DNA of 59,117 nt, counting the filler, from Sphacelaria rigidula (Eukaryota): the NCBI GenBank assembly GCA_964200075.2. It is 9 parts of 9 records of this genome, joined end to end, with 100 filler letters (N's around TTAATTAATTAA, not from the genome) between each part and the next. Parts side by side here need not be neighbours in the genome. Positions count along the whole stretch, not along the records: positions 46,060 to 52,538 come from CAXNAA020019837.1; positions 52,639 to 59,117 come from CAXNAA020019838.1; 7 more parts are not named here. One strand, written 5' to 3'. Below are positions 51,541-59,117 of this stretch, in pieces (within the stretch, counting starts at the first letter, position 1; each line of letters starts with the position of its first letter). The position numbers and the translations under genes were made by a program. The notes below the pieces were generated by a model, which saw only the letters and a program-made list of their open reading frames with translations, was not told where the DNA came from and made no database searches.

Positions 51541-54089
51541 ATTTTCAAGGCTCCCCTTCGCTCGTGTGGTATTTCCGAGGTGCCAGAGTGCGAAGTAGCT
51601 CTCGTGCCACGAAGACATGACAGCGGGAGATCCTTCCCGAAAATTTGGAATGTGTGAAACATTCTTGGCATGTTCTTTGCACAACACTGTGGCTTCCACA
51701 TGACCGGACCTTTTATCAACCCCTTTTGAACCCTCCCCTCCTGTCCCCGGGCCAAACACCTTATATGAGAAGCCCTGACAAAAAGGAGAAGATGGGAGCA
51801 GAAAAGGCCAACGGCAACCATTTTGTAAGGAAAGACCGAAGAAAAATCCAGTAGCACGCGCGGCGGGTGCAGGAAAAATTCCCTCCCTTGAAAGGTCGGG
51901 TAAGATTTGTCCAATCATACCACGCAACGGATGGAGTGTGTCCAAGTGTACCCATCGACAGTAATCAGCGAAAACACAACGAAACATTCCATTAAAAAAA
52001 CAGCAATAGGTTCCAGGGTCTGATAGGGCACATCGGTGAATAGGAAACCTTCTTTTGTTTCACTTGTCACTGGCACGGGTTTGAAAAATACGCATTCGGT
52101 GAATGTTGTTGCGCCTGAGCTGTAAACGATCAACCATCTCTTGCTCAAAAACCGTCAACTGCAAATGATCAATTTTCCATTGTGAGTTCCAAAAGGGTTA
52201 AAACAAGGTGGTTGTTTTTCGCGGCGAAACATTCCTGTGCTGCCTTGGTGCTGTGCCTTGTTCAACTCGCCGACGGCCCATTGCTTCATTCATGTACATA
52301 TATTGTTATTACATTTTATGTATGTCTTGGCCGCTCTGAAATCCTTAGAAAAACGCGTGGTTTGGTCACACGATGGTGATATATACATTGGTTATGTCTT
52401 CTGTTTTTTTTGGGATACAGTTCATTACCGGCTCCTACAGGATTATAGGGGGGGGGGGGGGGGTAGGGATTTTATCGTGGTATAGTTGTCAAACTTTGAA
52501 CGAAAGTTTTTGATTATTTGCGATTTTTTCACTTTTTTNNNNNNNNNNNNNNNNNNNNNNNNNNNNNNNNNNNNNNNNNNNNTTAATTAATTAANNNNNN
52601 NNNNNNNNNNNNNNNNNNNNNNNNNNNNNNNNNNNNNNTTTTTTTTTTTTTTTTTTTTTCCCCCCCCCCCCCCCCCCCTTTTCGTCATTTTTTTTCTTTA
52701 GCGAGTGTGTTCGTTTTTGTTCACGACCCTGGCTAGGTACCACGTACGTACATTTTGTATTGTGACCACGGCTGAATCCCTCCGGGATCAGCTACGATGT
52801 CCGCCAATCAGTCGAAATCAGGCGAATCAATCAGGGAAGGATGCAGCTACATGATGCTACTGTTGCCGACAGTAGTTGTTGTGCAGACAAAGAATCAGCT
52901 CAGATATGAACAGATGCTGGTGGGAACAGTGAGCAACTTACCCCCGCAAGCTAAAATAACGTAGCGCTACACATTGTCACAGCATCGGTATTCGTAGGAG
53001 GGGGGGGGGTAGAAGAAATGAGCGAGGTGTACATACGCTTACGTGGGGTGATGCGATTCTACTGAAGTGTCTGTGAGACAAAAAACACACACATCATGAA
53101 CCACTGGGTTATCAACTAACACGATAAAAACAGTATTTTTGCCGACCCCTAAAAACAAGAAGAAACCTACATTGGGAGACGAAACACCGGATATAAGGTA
53201 TTTGAAAGAAATACACACACACATCGCACGTATTCGATCGTGATCGTTCAAATTGATTGTTTTTTTCTGCCTCCACCCCCGCACACCGCCCGGTTGAGTG
53301 TACAGTGGTCACTCCGTGGCGTCTACCCCACATGACTGCCGCGAGGCGGTCTAGCCGAGCCTCCGATTCATCAGCACACAAACCCGCTCGCGGGGTAAGA
53401 GTTGGGTGACGTTTCCTCGTTTCAACCAGGAAAAAAAAATGGTCACGACGCTTTCTACGACAGCCCTCCCCCACAGCCAGCCCAAAGCTGTCACGAAGAA
53501 ACTGGTCATGCGGCGCCTGATGTTTGGTTTCAGGCTGCATGAAGCGCTTCATATGGGCGACATAGGCGAGAACAAACCCAAGCGTTCGAATTCCCAGCTG
53601 CTCGTTGTGCACGGCGTTTTTCATTTCGATTGATGTGTAGAACATGACTCTCCAAACCAGTCACGTTTTGTGTGTGTGTGTGTGGGGGGGGGGGGGCTAT
53701 CGTAGAAAATGTCTCGCATAGTCAGTAAGTACTCGAGAAACTTGTCCGTTCAATTCCTTCGGACGAGTAAAGCCACCGGTGCAACGTCACGCATACACAC
53801 AAAAAAGTGCAAAGGCGGCACAGTGAGTACCGCATGTGTGTTCAGGTCATGATCTACTTCTACAATAGCAATCCTTGCGGACAGGTCTGCCGGCACCCCA
53901 TCACGAACAAGATCAGACAGTTGCTGCTCCAAGGCCTTATTTCTTCTCCTCGCTCCCTACGGTACACGGCTTGCAAGACTCTTTCTGAAAGCCGGATTCT
54001 CAGAACGAGCAACTATTTGTACAAAGGCCCCTGGGGGGAAGCAGTCATCATTGGATATATTTACTGACGAATGTCCCGAAATTGATTGG

Positions 54090-54546
54090 ATCGATTAATT
54101 GATTGACTGTCGCACTTTAACCGATCTCCCAGGGATCCAGCCGTGGTCGCATGATAGACGTACCCGAGACAAAACGGAACTGAAACATATGTTTAAGGAA
54201 AGTGAAAAAAAAAAACAGAAATAAGTAGAACAGAGAAACAGGGTAGGAGAGAAAAAAAAGAAAGAAAAAAAAACGAAACTATTTGCCACAATTTTTGAGG
54301 CGATGGTTGATTCTGGCACTAAAAGTGTTACGCACGTACGTTGCGGAAAGTTCTAGCATCGCAGCAAAAATGCGCATAGCTGGGGCATACTCAAACAAGC
54401 ATGTGCAATGTAGATGAGTGCATCCTGCCTAGCATGTTGCCCGTGTGCTTATTCGCAAGTCATCATTTCTTCTCGGTTTTTTCGTCGCACTTTGAACCTC
54501 TCCCGTTCCTCGGGACGAGTCCGTGGTCTCAAGGGATCAACCCATC

Positions 54547-54583
<37 letters not shown>

Positions 54584-55310
54584 TCGGTTCTGCCCCGGGG
54601 GTGGAGGGGGCGCACCCCCCCCCCCCCCCCCACCCCCCCACACCCCAANNNNNNNNNNTTCACCCCCCCCCCCTCCCCGGGACCAGTCCGTGGCCTCAAG
54701 GGATCCACCCACCCCCCCCCCCCCCCCCCGGTACACACCTTGCATTTTGGTCTCACGGATTGGGTCATGACTATCAGCACTCCCGCACCGCGTCAACTCT
54801 CGTGAAACAAACACAAGTCAACTACTTTTTGCTTGACTCACTCAAACTCATGCTTCCGACGGTGGGAATCAGACACCTTCGAAAGTAAACAAAAAAAACC
54901 CCAACGCATCGGGAATCGAACCCACGCTCTTTCCACCCTAATGTTGACGACACTCAAACCATTACACCAAACAGGGGCGCGGGGCAGCATCATCATGTTT
55001 GGGCGACACATGCCTTCTCCTTTTTTTTTTTCCGTCCTCTTTCTTGTTCTTCTTCGTCTTCTTCTTCTACCCTGTTTGTCTGTTCGATCTTTTTTGTTCT
55101 GTCTCGTGAACGTCTATCATCTTACTACTGCTGGATTCCTGGGGGGTCAGTTAGAGTGCGACAATCAACCAAAATAAATCAAATGCATGTTGTTTTACAT
55201 CACCGCAGGACTACTACTACAAAATAACATACTGTAATGTTTTTTTGATTGATTGATTGTCGCACTTTAACTGACCCCCCAGCCGTGGTCTCATGGTGGA
55301 CGTACCCAAG
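54090..55310. mobile_element. Retroposon 3' ends with (AATC)n tails (54090-54170 -, 55105-55180 +, 55245-55310 -; also 19875-19915, 21190-21285, 32420-32470, all -)
   Basis: Recurrent GGTCAGTTAAAGTGCGACAATCAATCAATC-like terminus, preceded by CGTCTATCAT..ACCACGGCTGG. Confidence 0.65.
54410..54985 (-). mobile_element. tRNA-derived SINE (family 2)
   Basis: Minus-strand head TGGTGTAATGG (A-box) ... GGGTTCGATTCCC (B-box) at ~54908-54968. Body shared with 19040-19510 and fragments near 44965. The internal duplication around N10 is probably an assembly artefact. Confidence 0.7.
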
Positions 55311-55961
55311 AAAAATGAAACTCAAACACGCTCCAAGAAAAATAAATAAATATATATATATATATATAGGGGAACAGAAGCAGAAGCAGAAAAAAAATAG
55401 GGTCAGAAAAATAAAAAAAAAGAGTGGTCGAACAGAACGACATATCGTACTAAGTCGTGACAAAAAAAGTAATAAAAGGTCAACACAAGCAAATCACAGA
55501 AATAATTAGGCCGAAATAAAGCAAGAAAAAGGAAAACAAGAGGGAAGTACAAAGCAAATAAAATAAACGTACTACGAGTATACTGTTGGACAAATCACCT
55601 GTGCATACAGCAACGCACAAGATTTCATGGGTCGGACGAATGAATGATTCGTCTGGAAATTACTTGATTTCGGTGTGATCGATTCGTACCGTACGAATCA
55701 GTCCTTAGGCTTCGTTTTCAGCGTTGCAACCCAGGTACGCGCACCCCATGCACGTGGAACGGCGCGAAGATTGCTTCGAGACCTTTTTGACCACCGGTTA
55801 ACTATTTTCTCCTTGTTAAGAATCAGGCCTCAAAAATCGTGGATTTGGTCATTTGTTTCGGGGATGATTCATCCGAACCGTGCAAGATTCCAAGGTTGGT
55901 TTCCTGTGGGGTACACCGTCTGAAATTCGGCGATTTAAAGAAAAAAAAATAGGCATTTCAT

Positions 55962-56103
55962 CACACCCTGGACATTAGATTCTGTTGTCAAAGAATATAC
56001 TGCGTACAGTATCGACTATTGCGTCTATTGCAGTAGACAATAATTTCCATACTGCACGCAGTAAGTACACTCTTTGACAATGTAGTCTGTTGTCCACGGT
56101 GTG
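55962..56103. mobile_element. ~140-bp MITE-like element (copy 2)
   Basis: TIRs CACACCCTGGACA ... TGTCCACGGTGTG; homologous to 16941-17079. Confidence 0.75.
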
Positions 56104-56561
56104 CTTGCGGACCATCCACACCGGAATGTTAATGCTAGTGTAGGAAAGGGACCCGACATCCTTTCGGATCATACCGCGGTGTTCGGTTACACTTTTCGGG
56201 TATGGTTTAGCATGGCAACTACAAATTCCCCACTTCCGGTTATAATGTACCCTGCGAAACACAGCCTTGTACTCGAGATTCATGAGTACCTGTTGATGAA
56301 TACGGAATATCGTGAACTTTGACAGTAAAACGATGCACGTGGCGGGTTGCAAGCGAGAAATATCAAGAAAAAAAACAAAAAGTTAATTAACCAACAGTGT
56401 CTTCCTGCATGTATGTGTGTATGTATGGATGCGCGTAGAGTGAGTCGACTGCATACAGCGAAGCTCCCCATTCGCTTCGAAAGGGTTTGCCAGACGAAGT
56501 TGTTGAGTGTACATGTACAGTATGTATACGTATATATAGAACACAAAAACACATGCTGTAC

Positions 56562-56886
56562 CTGTCTCAACTCATCATCCACTTCAAGCTGATCGTTCAC
56601 ATCCTCCAATCCCCCATCCTCCTCCAGCTTGTCGATGGCCTTCACCAGGAGGGGGCACGAAAGCCTGAATAGACCCGACGATATCTTGTGTCCCACAGGG
56701 TGATACGCGAATGCCTGAGGAAAGCCATGTCGGCAGGGAGGCGATACGGCCATCGCGTGCTCGGCCCTGTGCCGCAGCTGACGTTCCTCGATGCACCGCA
56801 TGTCGTCCGCCGTCGGGGGCGTGAGCACGAGGTTGGCCATCAAGGCGGTCGCCCGTGCTTCTGCCTGGGCCGTCAGTCCTTCGGTC
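56562..56886 (-). CDS. Internal exon encoding the N-terminal half of a DUF501-family domain
   Basis: TTTCAG acceptor, GTACAG donor. Reads ...DDMRCIEERQLRHRAEHAMAVSPPCRHGFPQAFAYHPVGHKISSGLFRLSCPLLVKAIDKLEEDGGLEDVNDQLEVDDELRQ, matching the DUF501 pattern QL...V...C..G.P......P......F.L.CP.L...I..LE..G as recalled. Confidence 0.7.
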
Positions 56887-57099
56887 CTGAAACAACAGTT
56901 CCGTTCGGCGTTGGCGGAAATTGTACTGGAGCAGTAAGCAAAAACAAGGATCGAACGACGCTTTGGGGGTCTTTCCTAATTGTTCCTTCCTGTGTTGATA
57001 GTCAGCGGGCTTCACAACCTTGAACTATCAGTGCCACGTCGGATACTGAAGTCAGTGTACGAGTACTCATCGAACCTTCTTTTCTTCTCCGCCCCCCCG

Positions 57100-58790
57100 A
57101 TTTATCAAGGTAGGAAAGCTGCCGGGCTGACAACGCACTGTTTCTTTCTGGACGTACAAAAGACTTACGACCCAGTATGAAGAAATGGGCTGTGGAAAAA
57201 GTTGTGGGAAATTGGGATCAGAGGAAAGATGTTGGAGAATAGTGAAGATGGCAGAATGTGCCGAAAGTGCTATGATGCTAGACGGCGTAACATCGAAATG
57301 TTTTGATACTTTACAAGGAGCTGCACAAAGATGTACGCTATCACCCACTTTGTTCAAGGTATGATTGATTAATGACCTGATATTAGCAATAGAAGCAGCA
57401 AAGCAAGGAGTCAAAGTGAGTGAAGATATGGTATCAGGATTGATTTTCGCGGATGATTCTCTTGGGATCTCAGGAACACCAGAAGGATTGCAGAAAAAAA
57501 TAGAGAAGGCGCTAGAATACACTAGGAAATGGGGAGTGACAGCGAACGCGAACAAATACACGGTACTCGTATGTAACGAAGATGTGAAAAATCCGGTAGA
57601 GTTCATATGTAAATGGGGCGAAGGGGAACTGCCGATCGTAGACCAGTATACGTACCTTGGCATAGAAATCTAGAAAAAATATTCTTGGGAGGCACACATG
57701 AATAAAGTAATAGAAAAGGGCAAGACACACACCTCCGAGACTCGCACCTAGATACTAGGATTAAAAGGTGTATCCTGATGAACGTGATTGTACCGAAGCT
57801 GGAACATGTAGGAGAGGTATGGGAGGGGAATGTGAACTTGGTGAAAAAGTTGGAAACGGTACAGATGGCAGCAGCTAAAAAAATATTGAGATGCTCGAAA
57901 ACGACGAGTAGTACAGTTTTGAGAGCAGAATTGGGAATGTACCCACTTAAAACAGAGACACGAGGAAATTGATATGGCAATATAACCTAAACAATATGCA
58001 GACAAAGATATTGGCAGTCATAGTTGATAGGGCTGTAAGGAAGAACATGACGGAAGGTCAGGCTGGAATAAGGTGGGATAGAGAAGTCGAGAAAGTATGG
58101 AACAAGGCAGGCGGGAACCAAGACGAAATACTGTCCATAGGTGAAAGTCTGGGGTATTGAACAAAAGTAAGATACATATGGAAATGAGGGAAAAAGAAGC
58201 GCTCAGACACAAAGTAGACGAGGAAGAACATCTGAAGATTCACGAGGGGTTTAGAGAGGGAATAGGGATCCAAATACATCTGGACGGCCCAATGGACGCG
58301 GCGAAAATTTGAAACTGTGATTTCGGGTTGGGGACCTGGACCTGCCAGAAAGAAGAAAGAGATATACCAGCAGTCGAGTGGAGGAGGAAGTACATGCACA
58401 GAACTGCCCCTTTGGCAAAGCAATAGAGATCAGAACCCATATAGTGGCAGAATGTGAACTATACAAGGAGGAACGCGACGTGCCAGAGGGGGAAATGCGG
58501 GACGTGAACGAAGGTGGCATGCAATAGCTTGATACATGCGGCAGTAGCGAGAAAACGATGGCTGTACTAAGAGATAGATGGTGGCCGCAGACGGCGAAAC
58601 AGGACGGGGATAAGATATGGAAAAGGTTTTCGCGTAGTGTATAGAAGAAACGTAATGAGCACCTAAATGTTGGAAGTGTCTCTATTAGGAGTAGGAACGG
58701 CGTTCCGGCTCGAAGGGCATGTGTGGTCAATGGTGAAACGACTAAGGCAAGCAACAAATGAGCACGCCCGCTCCGTCCGCTCCCCCTCCC
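57100..58790 (+). mobile_element. 5'-truncated, decayed non-LTR retrotransposon (LINE; RT domain through 3' end), family A
   Basis: Frameshifted RT motifs FLDVQKTYDPV, QGAAQRCTLSPTLF, GLIFADD, QYTYLGIEI, LRAELGMYPL and C-terminal CP...HIVAEC. Ends ...GCAACAAATGAGCACGCCC plus a C-rich tail. Confidence 0.9.
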
Positions 58791-58968
58791 CACAGACCGC
58801 GAAACAGGAAGTAGACAAGATATGTAAGGATCTTGTGAAACTCATGGAAGGAACGTAATGAGAGCCCAAATATTAGAGATGTCTCTATGAGGAATAGGAA
58901 CGGTGCTCCGTCTCGAAAGGGATGCATGATCAATGGTCAAACGACGAAGGTACGCAACAAATGAGTAC

Positions 58969-59026
<58 letters not shown>

Positions 59027-59117
59027 CCCTCCTTTCTGCCCCCCCCCCTGTGCCTTCCCGTACCCCCCTCCTCTCCCCTGCCCTTCTTTTTTCAAATTTA
59101 CTTTCGCTCCCCTCTTC
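58791..59117 (+). mobile_element. Second short 3'-end copy of the family A LINE directly after the first copy's tail, ending in long poly(C)
   Basis: 58791-58968 repeats ~58588-58765 with divergence, and ends AACAAATGAGTACA followed by >50 C. Confidence 0.85.

Noticed and set aside
48724..52160. Several minus-strand ORFs (48724..49206, 49561..49896, 51448..51987)
   Set aside because: They may contain exons, but I could not establish a consistent splice chain or domain.
54523..54888. Proline-rich/glycine-rich ORFs (also 13717-14307, 16137-16400)
   Set aside because: They derive from C/G homopolymers and low-quality duplicated sequence around N10 gaps.
53400..55800. Candidate downstream exons of the DUF501 gene (~53831-53935, ~55700-55800)
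   Set aside because: Neither contains the expected GIxG/KCLH C-terminal motifs, so linkage is unsupported.

Overview
This is eukaryotic, intron-rich, repeat-rich genomic DNA, not a prokaryotic locus. The gene and TE content suggest a stramenopile, probably a brown alga (inference). The window is an artificial concatenation of nine size-sorted contigs (six of 6480 bp, three of 6479 bp) joined by N44-TTAATTAATTAA-N44 six-frame-stop linkers, so gene order across linkers carries no meaning. Spliced gene fragments recognised by hand: the first two exons of U4/U6 snRNP protein Prp4 (PRPF4), a three-exon BART/ARL2BP-domain gene, three exons of a GT37/GT23-like fucosyltransferase (one a 26-nt micro-exon), a DUF501-domain exon, a glycine-rich-domain exon and two unassigned exons. 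Mobile DNA: a decayed non-LTR retrotransposon (RT domain plus 3' end), about 16 related 3'-end fragments mostly ending in ATGAGTAC plus C-rich tails, a tandemly duplicated Gypsy integrase tail with chromodomain- and Tudor/PWWP-like modules, an internally deleted mariner with Stowaway-like TIRs, a hAT MITE with a perfect 8-bp TSD, two tRNA-derived SINE families, a small MITE and several minisatellites. No CRISPR, rRNA or intact tRNA was seen. I found no clearly demonstrable new multi-gene system. The best leads are the C-tailed, apparently self-targeting retroelement family, the double chromatin-reader Gypsy integrase tail, the intron-containing DUF501 gene and a candidate poison micro-exon in PRPF4.
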